From the human T2T-CHM13v2.0 reference genome, Homo sapiens: a stretch of 64,000 nucleotides of DNA. The position numbers and the translations under genes were made by a program. Below are positions 44,612 to 63,373 of this stretch, piece after piece; position 1 is the first letter of the stretch; the number at the start of each line of letters is the position of its first letter. The DNA lies in assembly GCF_009914755.1 (NCBI RefSeq), contig NC_060943.1; one strand, 5' to 3'. Below the pieces are notes generated by a model. The model was not told the origin of the DNA and made no database searches. It was given only the letters and a program-made list of their open reading frames with translations.

Positions 44612-45937
44612 TCAGGATCCTCCCAGAATCTCTTCCTCAGCATCTGGTTCATGATAAGGTTTCAGGTGTCTTGATGGTATCCAAATCAGCTGTTGATTTT
44701 GGCCTGGAGGAATACAAGTATAACCTCTACCCCAAGTTATTATTTTACCTATTTCCCAACTTTTTGTAGTCAGATCTCTCCACCAAATCAGATGTTCTGT
44801 TCCTGTCTTTGCAGCTGGTTTCTGTAGATGCTGGTCAGCTGCTGATAACATCTGGCCTTTGGGAAGGCTCAAAAAATTTAAAGTTAATAATGCTAGATTC
44901 AGTTGTATCTGCAGTGTTCCATATTCTCTATTTTTCCCTTTCTGCTTTTGTGACTGCTGTTTTAGGGAAAGATTCATTCTTTCCACTATGGCTTGTCCTT
45001 GAGAATTGTATGGGATGACAGTAATGTGATTAATATTCCACATAGAGAAAAATGTAGCTAGAGTTTGGCTAGTATAGCCTGGGGCATTATCTGTTTTAAT
45101 AGAAGCTGGAATGCCCATCACTGTGAAACACTGCAAAAGATGACATTTAACACAAGCAGAAAACTCTCCTGTTTGGCATGTAGCCCAGACAAAGTGAGAA
45201 AATGTGTCCACACATACATGTACATAAGCTAGTCTCCCAAACGAGAGAACATGTGTCACATCCATTTGCCAAATAGAGTTAGGTTCCAGTCCTCGAGGAT
45301 TAACTCCTCCTGTAAAAGATGAGGAATATACCATTTGGCAAGTTGGGCACTGCTGGATAATAGCTTTAGCTTCTTTCCAGGTGATGCTGTATCTGCGTTT
45401 GAGACCAGAGGCATTAAAATGGGTTAAATTGTGAAAGTGTCTAGCATTAGATATTGCAGTAGCAACTAGGCAATCAGCCATTTGATTCCCTTCAGTCAAA
45501 GGTCCTGGAAGAGGTGTATGAGCTCTAATGTGAGTGATGTAAAAAGGGTGCATTCTACTCCTAACTGCTGTTTGCAATTGGGTAAATAAAGTCATCAGTT
45601 GTTCATCTGTATGAAACAGTAGCTGACCATTTTCAATTAACTGTGTGGAAGGAACCATGTATGAAGAATCAGAAATCACATTAATAGGCATATCAAAAGT
45701 AGTCAATACCTCAATTATAGCTACAAGCTCTGCTTTTTGAGCTGAAGTATAGGATGTCTGGAAAACTTCACTTTTTGAGCCAGAATAAGAAGCTTTGCTA
45801 TTACTAGACCCATCTGTAAAAACATTATCAGCACCTTCAATTGGTTTACATTTAGTTATTTTAGGAACAATCCAATTAGTTAATTTCAAAAACTGAAACA
45901 GCTTCATTTTAGGAAAATGATTATCGAGAATACCCAC
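44612..45937 (-). CDS. Open RNase H + integrase portion of HML-3 pol (441 codons; expression unknown)
   Basis: FTDGS / AEL / SDS / MAD RNase H acidic residues; HNLTH…CPTC; WQMD, KTD-(35 aa)-E; WGRGY C-terminal domain; in-frame ATG at 45905-45907. Confidence 0.6.
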   Translation of the reverse strand: MGILDNHFPKMKLFQFLKLTNWIVPKITKCKPIEGADNVFTDGSSNSKASYSGSKSEVFQTSYTSAQKAELVAIIEVLTTFDMPINVISDSSYMVPSTQLIENGQLLFHTDEQLMTLFTQLQTAVRSRMHPFYITHIRAHTPLPGPLTEGNQMADCLVATAISNARHFHNLTHFNASGLKRRYSITWKEAKAIIQQCPTCQMVYSSSFTGGVNPRGLEPNSIWQMDVTHVLSFGRLAYVHVCVDTFSHFVWATCQTGEFSACVKCHLLQCFTVMGIPASIKTDNAPGYTSQTLATFFSMWNINHITVIPYNSQGQAIVERMNLSLKQQSQKQKGKNREYGTLQIQLNLALLTLNFLSLPKGQMLSAADQHLQKPAAKTGTEHLIWWRDLTTKSWEIGKIITWGRGYTCIPPGQNQQLIWIPSRHLKPYHEPDAEEEILGGS

Positions 45938-48900
45938 AAAGTCAGCTAAATGGGTTTGCCAAGTAAGACTATTTATAAAAGCTTGCTATATTTGTGCCTT
46001 TGTGAGAGGGACAATACTTTTTCCAGGATCATATCCATGTAATTTAACAATCTGAGTTCTCCCAATCCCTATCATAATAGCAATTTGATCTAAATAAGCA
46101 GTTAGAGTCCATGAATTAGTATGTGGAAGGAAAAGTCACTCTACTACGTCCTGTTCTTGGACAATAACACCAGTATGTGAATGCTGAGTTGAAAAAATTA
46201 GCAAATCCAGAGTCTTCTCTGGATCTATTCTATTTATCTGAGCTTTATGGACTTGCTTCTCAATCAGTTGTAACTCTCCCTCAGTCTCCTTTGTTAAATG
46301 CTGTGGGCTAGTGAGACTAGGATTTCCTCTAAGGATAGAAAACAGATTACTCATGGCATAGGTAGGAATGCTTAGAGCAGGTCATATCCAATTAATATCC
46401 CCTAATAATTTTTGTAAGTCATTTAATGTTTTTAGTTGATCCCTATGTATGGTTACTTTCTGTGCCACAATGGTAGTGTCATTTACTAAGGTCCCCAAGT
46501 AGGAATAAGGAGTAGCAGTCTGAATTTTGTCAGGAGCTTTAATTAAACAAGTGGGAGAAATTGAATTTTGCAAGTGATTATAACATTGGAGTAATATTTC
46601 TCAAGTAGGGGCAGCACAAAATATGTCATCCATATAGTGAATAATGTAACACTGTGGAAATTTTTTATGAGTATGTTCAATTGCTTGCCCAACATACATC
46701 TGGCAAATTGTTGCACTGTTTAACATGCCCTTTGGCAACACTTTCCAATGATAACGCTCAGCAGGCTGCAGGTTGTTTACTGCAGGAATTGCAAATGCAA
46801 ACCCTTCACAGTCTTGTTCAGCTAAAGGGATAGTAAAGATACAGTCTTTTAAATCTATGACTACTAAAGGCCAATTTTTTGGAATTATAGCAGGAGAAGG
46901 CAATCCTGGCTGTAATGTTCCCATAGGTTGCATAACTGAATTGATGGCTCTTAAGTCAGTTAACATTCTCCATTTACCTGATTTTTTCTTAATTACAAAA
47001 ACTGGAGAATTCCAAGGGGAAAATATTGGAGCTATGTGCACATTTTCTAATTGTTTAGTAATTAAAATCTCTAAAGCCTCCAGTTTTTCTTTATTTAGCA
47101 GCCATCATTCTATCCAAATTGGCTTATCTGTTAACCATTTTAAAGGTATAGGCTCTGGAGGCTTAACAATGGCCACCATCAAATATTATTTCCTAATCTT
47201 TGTTGGGAACTTTGTTTTTCCACTTGAAGTGGTTCTTTCAAACCTTGCAAATTTTTTTCTAGTCCCATACCAGGGACATACCCCATTTCATGCACTGTAT
47301 GTTGACTTTGAGGGCTATATAATTGTTCTGGAATTAGAAATTGTGCTCCCCATTGTTGTAATAAATCTCTTCCCCATAAATTTATAAGTACAGAAGTTAT
47401 AATTGGTTGAATAGTCCCAGATTGTCCATCGGGCCCCTCACAATGCAAAATTTAACTACTTTGATATACTTCAATGGCTTTACCAACTCCAACTATGTTA
47501 AATTGAGCAGGTTGAATTGGCCACGTGGACAGCCAGTGCTGTAGAGAAATGATTGAAATGTCTGCTCCTGTATCTGCCAAACCTTTAAATTTCTTTCCTT
47601 GAATAGTTATTTCACAGGTAGGATGTTTATCAGTAATTTGATTTACCCAAAAAGCTGCTTTGCCTTGTTTATTTGTGCTTCCAAATCCTCCTGTTTGTTT
47701 AATTTCACTTTTTCCCATTCCTACATATGGCACAATCAGGAGCTGTGCTATGCACTCTCTTGGCTCTGCTTTCCAGAAAACAGAGGTAGATATAACAATT
47801 TGAATTTCCCCATTGTAATCTGAATCCATGACTCCTGTATATATTTGTACTTTTAAACTTAAACTAGACCTTCCTAAAAGTAATCCTATTGTCCCTGCTG
47901 GCAAGGGTCCACAGACTCCTGTTGGGACCCTTTGCAGGGGTTCCCCAGGCAGAAGGCTCACGGCTTTTCTGCAGCATGAATCTACTGCAGCACTGCTGGC
48001 TATGATGGGGGACAGCCATTGTACAGGGGTGAGGGAATGGCCTGAGCTGGAAATGCCCCGGTTTAGAACAGGGCCTGGGACGGGACCCTCATGGCATTTC
48101 CAGAAATTGGGTTCCCATCTTTATCAAACTTAGAATGACATTGATTAGCCCAATGTTTTCCTTTTGGACTTATTTCAGGATCAGCAGTTTTCTTTTTTCC
48201 CCTATCTGGTGGCCTGACTTGGTGATTTTTTCTAAATTCTTTTTTAGTATGACCATGCTTCCCACAGTTAAAACAAGCTCCAGGAAATGGAGTATTTCCT
48301 TTATCCACTCTCAGCCCTGCCATTGCCTGTGCCAACAAGGTAGCTTTATGCAGATTACCCCCTATACCATCACAGGCCTTGACATAATCAACTAAATGTG
48401 CTTTCCCTCAGATAGGTTCACAGAGCAGCCTGGCAATCGGGATTAGCACTGTCAAATGCTAATAATTGCAACACTATAACCTGACCAGCTGAATCTGCAA
48501 TCATCTTTATAAGAGACTCCTGTAACTGAGCTATAAAATCAATGTATGGTTCTTTTGGTCCCTGTTTTATAGCACTAAAGGAAGGGTATTGTTCCCCACC
48601 TGAAGTGGTCTTTTCCCAAGCTCTAATGCACACTCCTCTAAGCTGTTCTATGACATCATCCTGCATGACCAGTTGTGCATCTAAACTAGCCCAACCGCCA
48701 ACCCCCAAAAGTTGGTCTGAGTTATATTAATTTGAAGTTGGGCCTGGGCACTGCGAGCAGCCTGAATGGAAGCTTCATCTGCCCACCAAGTTTTCAATTG
48801 TAAGAAGTGAGCAGGAGTTAGACAAGCTCGAGTAAGAGCATCCCAGTCAGTAAGAATCATCTGACTGGAAACAGTAACATTCTTTAATAGTCCCATTACA

Positions 48901-49519
48901 AAAGGAGAACTTGGTCCATACTGATTTATAACTTGTTTTAATTCTTTGAATAATTTCAAAGGAAAAGGCTCAAATGTAGCTGTAATATTTCCCTGTTGAT
49001 CTGGGGGTTGTGTTCTAATGGGGAACTGCCAAGCCTCTAAATCACCCTTTCATCTAGCTTGCTGAATTCCTGCCTGAATAGAACTAAGAGCGGTCGCTCG
49101 AGGTGCTGCTCGAACAGTCACTGGGGCAACTAGTTTTCACCCAGTGTCCTCTGGAAAAGAAAGATCTGAAGGTTCTTTTTCTTCAAAATAATAATGAGGG
49201 GGTGCAGAAGGGTAGGGATGAACCTCTCCTTCCTTTGCCACTTTAGCTTTAGCTGGCAAATAAACCTGGTCTGTAACCTCTACTGTTACTTTGCTATACT
49301 CTCATTCCTCCTCCTCATCATTGTGAAAAAGTTCCAAGGTAAAATGAACCAGACCCCATACCTGTCCCATTGTTACCCTGACACTTCTGAGCTCCCCTTT
49401 TTACTCACCATGGGGATTGCTTTAAGAGTACTCGGGTGTCCTCCAGCTAGTTTTCCATTCCAACCATTGCTCCGGTGACCCTTTGACCTGGATTGAAGCC
49501 CCCACAAATGGACGCCACT

Positions 49520-50030
49520 TGCCGAGACCAGCTTGGTCAGGGAGACCCTAACCCAGTACCACTAGAGGAATTAAAGACACACACAGAAATATAGAGGTGT
49601 GAAGTGGGAAATCAGGGGTCTCACAGCCTTCAGAGCTGAAAGCCCTGAACAGAGATTTACCTACATATTTATTAACAGCAAACCAGTCATTAGCATTGTT
49701 TCTATAGACATTAAATTAACTAAAAGTATTCCTTATGGCAAACTAAGGGCTGGGCTGAATTAAAGGAATATGTTGGGCGAGTTAACTGGAGCAGGAGCAT
49801 GTCCTTAAGGCCTAAATCGCTCATGCTATTGTTTATGGCTTAAGAATGCCTTTAAGTGGTTTTCTGCCCTGAGCAGGCCAGGTGTTCCTTGCCCTCATTC
49901 CCGTAAGCCCACAACCTTCCAGGGTGTGTGTTAGGGCCATTATGAACATGTTACAGTGCTGCAGAGCTTTTATTTATGGCCAGCCTTGGGGCCAGTTTAT
50001 GGCCAGATTTTGTGGGGCTTGCTCCCAACA
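49520..50030 (-). mobile_element. 5' LTR (MER9-type)
   Basis: Direct repeat of 43157-43667; followed on the - strand by the PBS. Confidence 0.93.
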
Positions 50031-50120
50031 GCAGTGTTGTCTGGGTTTTAAATGTGAATGGTGACATATCAGAGAAGAAATAATAAAGAATACAAAACAA
50101 AGCATTATAGTGTTGATGGC

Positions 50121-50714
50121 TGTTGTAAGACCTCGGTTCTTCTCACTTTCAAAATATTTAAACAAGAGACACAAAACAATGAAGATGCAGCATAGAGTGA
50201 TTTATTGCAAAGTAGAAATACTATTTTAAAAGTCAGGTGAAGAATAGCCAGCATTTGCTGAGAAAGAAGGAATTCAGGGCAGGCTGCCAAAAGAATGAGA
50301 CAGCAAAGACTGGAACTAGGGAGACTCCATTTATGGGAGTCTTACATAATTAATTATAAGGAGGTGGGAAGAGGTGTTAGTAGTAAGCATGTTCTGGGTG
50401 GTCCTTTTGGTGCACAGACACAGTGGCTGTACATGCTTATATGTCACATATCTCCTTAACATCTTAAATCTTCACACACGTGTGTGTTTTTTACTATTAT
50501 AATGAGTAAAAGGTCAGTTAGAGGACAAGTAAAATCAAAATGTGCATGTTCTCTACAGGGCAATTTCCCTACTGAAGAGAGCTTTGCTTGAATGGCTGAA
50601 ATACAGTGTAAATGCTGGGGTTTATTGTGTTGACAATATGCAGTCACCGTGCAATCACCATGGCTGCCACATCCCGAGGACATCGTCACTTTCTTGACTA
50701 CCTAGCTTGCCTCA
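50121..50714 (-). mobile_element. Solo ERV1 LTR (MER4 group, MER83-like)
   Basis: On - strand starts TGAGGCAAGCTAGGTAGTCAAG, has AATAAA and ends …CTTACAACA; subfamily name uncertain. Confidence 0.55.
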
Positions 50715-51964
50715 ATAGTACTTGGCTTGATTTATTCCAAATTATCAACTCTGAGACTCAGATTTAGCTGTTATGTCAACATTGTCAACAGTGGGAAAAT
50801 TAAAATTTTTAAATCAAACATATATGAGCTTGTTGGGTCACTAGCTGTGTATCCAAGAGAAATTATTTTACATCCCAGGAGCTTCAATCTTAATTATTAA
50901 TATAAAACACTATTTCCCCTAAGGCTACTTTAATTCATGAATGGTAGCTATAACACTTGAAAGTCTCATCTAAATATTAAATATTTAAGAGTAAGAATAA
51001 AATCATTTTTATTTCAAAGATATGATAAGTGAGTGGGTGTATTTTGTCATATTTAATGTATTTTTCTTTTCTAAAAAATGCCATAATAATTGTATTTTTT
51101 CCAGAATAACAGACTATGGATATTTAAGTTATGACTTTGCCAATTTTTACATATGGTAAAACTGCTACTGTTAAATTTAGGTTAAATTTTAAACCCACTG
51201 TTTTTTAGCTTGTGTGGTTTTTGGCTCATTTGGGGAACAAAATATATTAGACGTTGACTGTTTGGGGTAACTTGGGTTCATTTCTGCTGTCTGTTATTAC
51301 ATCTGGGGATTTAGAAACAACTAGGATTAAAATAAGTTTGGTTTGGAATCAAGCAACAGAAAATCCCAAAAGGACTAAGGAAAATAGCTAATGGATACTG
51401 CCTTTCAGTGAGATTTATACACAAAACAGAGTTTAATGAGATTCATGAAATTATTGCAAGTTTTTTAAATTTAGAAACCAATTACCTACAACATATTAGG
51501 CACTTGTCTTAATTTGTCTATGGCAACCCTATCTTGGGGAAGCTGATATTACAGAAAAGGATATTGCTACTGTAATAATATTTGGAACAAATGTTTATGT
51601 GCTTATGAACAGTCCCCTCTAATAATCTTTAGATACATGTCATTCTGGCTCAATCCTTTTGGCATGACTGTAATTCCAGAGACTCCTTCCCACCGAAGCG
51701 AAGCCATGGAGTTTTCAGCTGCTTATGCTTATTTTCAGTTAGTAAGCTTCATAGTTGACGTCATTATATTGGGGTCCCCAGGAATCCCTGAGCCTTAGAG
51801 CTGACCATCCTACCTCATCCTTCTTGCTTCTCATGCTCTGTTGTTGAGTCCCTCTCACTCCATATTTGAGCCTTCATGAGACTTCAGTTTGGAGAAACCA
51901 GAGAAATGGGTTGCCATATGTATTGAGTTGACAATCAGAATCTGTTTGAGGATAAAGACTTTAC

Positions 51965-54174
<2,210 letters not shown>

Positions 54175-55090
54175 TGTGATGAGAATCACCTTTATTCATT
54201 TTGGAACAAACAGGAAATGCTGCAGTGGTAACTTGCTGAGTGGCGACTGCGATGAGATTTACTGTCCTAGGGATGATGGGATCCAGTGGACCAGAATCGT
54301 CAGCACCTTACCATGGTCACTGCTGTCCTTTCACTCTGTCATTCATTTATCAGACTTCTTCATCAATTCCGTCTCTATCGTTGTGTGAACGGTTTTGTAC
54401 TGCTTTAGCATCTGCCTTTGATTTCTGCTAATTTTCTTTGTTCATCTTTCTGGTCCATCTTGGTGGCTGCTTTGCTGTTCCTCTTTGAGGAGTTCGCGCA
54501 GCTTCACCCTCAGGTGTTCCAACAGTCCGTCCATCTGGCTCAAGCTGTCAGGCATTTTTCCTGGTTCTTCTGTTCCTGGCGTCTGAGATTTGTCAGCAGG
54601 GCCTGGTTTTCAGGGACCAGGGCTACCGCCTCCTTCTGCCCGCGGGGCGGCTCCTGCACCTCTGGCGGGCACCGGTTCCAGCCACGGTTTAGCCGAGAAC
54701 AGGGGGAACCGCAGCAGCAGATGGAGCGCCCACGTCCGGGGTCGCCTCGGCTCTAACCCTTGGTCATGGCTCAGCTTGGTGCGCAGAAACCCGACGTCAA
54801 GCAGAGCATTTTGCGCAGCTGGGCGAGCTTTCCTCGGCATGCGGGGCAGTTCCCCCATCATCTTTATGCTGCCACCTCCGCTTTCATCAGAGAGTTACAC
54901 AGGATGGTGCAGGGGCCCGGAGACACCGTGGAAGAGTCCAGGGGAGTGAGGAGGGGCTGGGCCGGGCAGCCTCAGGCCCAGCGCATGATGGCGCCCCCTC
55001 ACGCCTGAGCAGAAATCAGCCACTGCCACCTCGGAGAGGACAGAGGGGCCCAGGCTTCCCCAGCCAGCCTCGCTCTGCACCAGCAGAGGA
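54175..55090 (-). pseudogene. MTDH: MTDH (metadherin/LYRIC) processed pseudogene, copy 1: 5' UTR and N-terminal ~250 codons, CpG-rich
   Basis: Frame fragments GFLRTKLSHDQGLEP, ALLTNLRRQEQK, PDGRTVGTPEGEAARTPQ..TAKQPP, KSKADAKAVQN, DSGPLD..IP and TTAAFPVCSKMNKGDSH match the MTDH N-half across exon junctions; start ATG>GTG at 54873-54875. Symbol denotes the parent gene. Confidence 0.9.
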
Positions 55091-55799
55091 AAAAATTATT
55101 TTCTAAAAATAAATAAATAAATAAATAAACAAATAGATAAATAAGTATGGAGAAGAACTTGCAGTTCTGACCCAATCAAATTTTCATTCTTTTTCTTTCA
55201 TTTTTTTTTTGGCCGTTTTCTCTTAAATTGTGCTCTCCTGAAGTCAGATTTCATGTTCCATCCTCACGTGGCAATTTAAATGTAATTATAATGGTCCCAA
55301 ATTTAGAAACTAAAAATGTTAATGTATTTTACCCATGAGTGCTAGGTTAACATTAAATTTTCAATAGTGCTTTCTCAATTCTACACTTCATTATTTTCTA
55401 TTTGATCCTGTTAACTAAACTATAGAAAATAAAAATAATAAAGGTTTGATTTGCATAGTTTCACAGTTTACAAAGAATATGTATTCATTCCTTTAACCAA
55501 TAAATGTGTGTTGAGCACACATGATATGCCATCATTTTGGTAGCCTTAGAAAATAAAATAGAGAAAGGAAAGTTTTGATCTCTACTCTCATGAAACTTTC
55601 AGTCTAACTTCATAAAATCCTCATGCATTCCTGAGAAGTGGATACCTCTGAAGTTTCCTATAAACCTCCTACCCCAATCTGACTTCAGGAGAGCACAATC
55701 TAAGAGGAAAAAGCAAAACAAAAAGAAAAAAAGATGAAAATGTGATTGAGTAAGATATGCAAGTTCTATTCCATAATTTTGTTAGGAAATAGTTTTCAT

Positions 55800-56537
55800 C
55801 TCTACTAGAGCAGAGGGAGGCTGGCTGGGAAGCCTGGGCTTCTCTGTCCTCCCTGCAGTGGTAGTGGTTGATCTGATCTCTGCTCAGGTGTGAGGGGCAC
55901 CACCATGCACTGGGCCTGAGGCTGCCTGGCCCAGCTCATCCTCACTCCCCCGGACTCTTCCGTGGTCACTCCGTGCCCCTGTGTCATCCTGTGCATCCTT
56001 CTGATGGTAGAGGAGGTGGTAGCAGGAAGCTGGTGGAAGAGCCTGGCTCCATAAACTGAGGAGGGTTCACCCAGCTATGGGAAATGCTCTGGATGACCTT
56101 GGATTTCTATGCAGTTAGCTGGACCTCATCCCAGGGTTACAGCCAGGGCATCCCTGAGCTGGGTGACACCAGATGTGGATGCTCTGGCTGCTGCTATTGT
56201 TTCTGTAGAATCAGCACCCACCAGAAGTGCAAGAGCCACCCTGCAGGTGGAACGAGGTGGTAGCCATGGTTCCTGAAAACCACACCCTGCTGACAAATCT
56301 CAGATGCCACAAACAGAAGAACGGAGAGAAACTGCCCAAGAGCTTGAGCCAAATGAACGGACTGCTGGAGCAGCTCAGGGTGAGGCCACCTGCACTTCTC
56401 AATCTGGTACAGCAAAGCAACCATCAGAGATGGACAAGAATAATAAAAAGTCAAAGAAAATTAGCAGAAGTTAAAGGCAGATGCTAAAGCACTGCAAAAT
56501 CATTCATGCCACAATAGAAATGAAGTTCATGAGGAGT
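55800..56537 (+). pseudogene. MTDH: MTDH processed pseudogene, copy 2 (inverted relative to copy 1, CpG-depleted, cut by an ERV LTR)
   Basis: Aligns by eye with the reverse complement of 54360-55090 (gcagag.gaggctggctggg…cctgaaaacca..ccctgctgacaaatctcaga…aaaggcagatgctaaagca). Symbol denotes the parent gene. Confidence 0.88.
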
Positions 56538-57729
56538 TAATACAGGAGTTCTTAAGAAATTATTTTAGGCAGTTAAAGAGGGTAAAAGAGTTCTTACTGG
56601 AATTTTCCTTTTATAAAAAGCAGCCCCCAAACCATTTTATTCCTAACAGAAAGCAGCCTAAAAACTCAATCCGCAAGCTTATAAGCAAGCTAGAGGGTTG
56701 CATATGTAAATGGAAATGCCTGTACTAAAAGCCAGGTATATTTCAACATGGCAACTTTCCCCTCTTTTCTTTTTCACCATGAGTGCAGATGTCATGGTGA
56801 CAGCCAGGTAGTAGCCACGTTTGCATAATAAAAGGCTACGGTCGGGGAGCCAGTCTTTTCACTGGCTATGTAAATGGCATGCCTGTTCAACCAATACCCT
56901 GGGCCCTATGTAAATCAATCACTGCCTCCTCAAGCCTCTCTACAAAATCAATCGTGTTCTGCCCCAAACCCAGAAACTCTACTGGGCAACCTGCTTTCTC
57001 AGGATGATGTAGCTTTCTCTCTCTCTTCTTTTTGTCTATTAAACTTTCTGCTCCTCAACCCATTCCTCTTGTGTGTTTGTGTCATAAATTTTCCTGGCAT
57101 GAGAAAACAAACCCCAGGTATTTACCCCAGACAATGCAGCCATTTCATTTGGAGGCTTGTCCAGGATCAGAACAAAATATAGAATCATTGGAATGGTGAG
57201 TATGGAGTGATCATCAAATCTGTCCTTTAATTTCAAGGCTCTCAGCCTCCATGTTAAAATGCTTTGGACCAGTTTCCTTTCACAGAGAATCTAACCATTG
57301 TATGAGGCTGGGAGAAGTCCTGGAACAACTGAGGTTTTCTGGCCAGGGCACATCCTGGTGTTATTCAAGGCTTCTGGACTGAATCCAGCCTTTGACAGCT
57401 CATCTACGTGTTGGTAAAGGATCTCCAACTATCTTGTCACAAAATTTTTCTTCTTTCCTGTCTGTGGTTACTGTGTCTTCTATCCTATCTGTGTATGCAA
57501 TGTGCAGGAAGTCTTGGTAAATCCTGCAGTACTGGGGAGCACGTGGTATTTCCAAGCCAACAGTGCAACGAAGTGGCAATAGAAATCCTCTTCATGAGGC
57601 ACATTGTCAGTCCTTTGCCATGCACTGTAGTTTCCCAACTCTCCTCCCTTTTTGCACTGCTAAAAATCAGGCTCTATGCCTCTTCTGTGAATGGGAAAGG
57701 TCTGCCTTCAACAATTAAAAGAAAAATGT

Positions 57730-59586
<1,857 letters not shown>

Positions 59587-60067
59587 AAGAATCCATGTCA
59601 AAAAAAAAAAGAAAAAGAAAAAGAAAAATATCCTCCATAACCAAATTTTGTTCCAATGCTATCCCATTAGCAAATAAATAAATCAATAAATAAAAGCCGT
59701 TATTCTGTCTCCAATTAGAAGAGTACTTAATTAGTAAGGCAATTTTAAGTCCAGAAGTTAATTGGAGCTGTTTTCTAAGGGAAAATGTTTTAGCATGGGC
59801 CGTAATAGCAGGATATAGAGCTCAAACCAGCATACTTCCTCCATTAAGGAGGAAGGTGTAACCATTGCCTACATGCTACCATTACACAGTTTCTCCAGAG
59901 ATCCTTTCTTTGGGGTGCCAGGCAGATCACACAAGTTTAGAAAGTCAAAGGGTAGTCATAGTGGATAACTAAGGCTGTGTGGGTAATTGTTGTTAAATCC
60001 CATCACTTCATTCATCCAGTTCCATGGCTTGGAGGGCCATACCTATAACCATGGGTGGCACATTTAA

Positions 60068-63373
<3,306 letters not shown>

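Larger units (their letters stand above)
43157..50030 (-). mobile_element. HERV-K(HML-3)/MER9-type provirus with two LTRs, gag-dUTPase/pro-pol-deleted env
   Basis: 511-bp LTRs at 43157-43667 and 49520-50030 (about 33 differences counted by eye, ~6-7%), TSD gcagt (43152-43156 / 50031-50035), PBS tggcgtccatttgtggggg at ~49499-49517, PPT gagaagggggca next to the 3' LTR, betaretroviral Gag (CFNCGKHGH), dUTPase, protease DTGAD, RT YMDD. Confidence 0.92.

Noticed and set aside
51756-51763. Perfect CRE palindrome TGACGTCA
   Set aside because: A single 8-mer with no promoter context; expected by chance at this window size.
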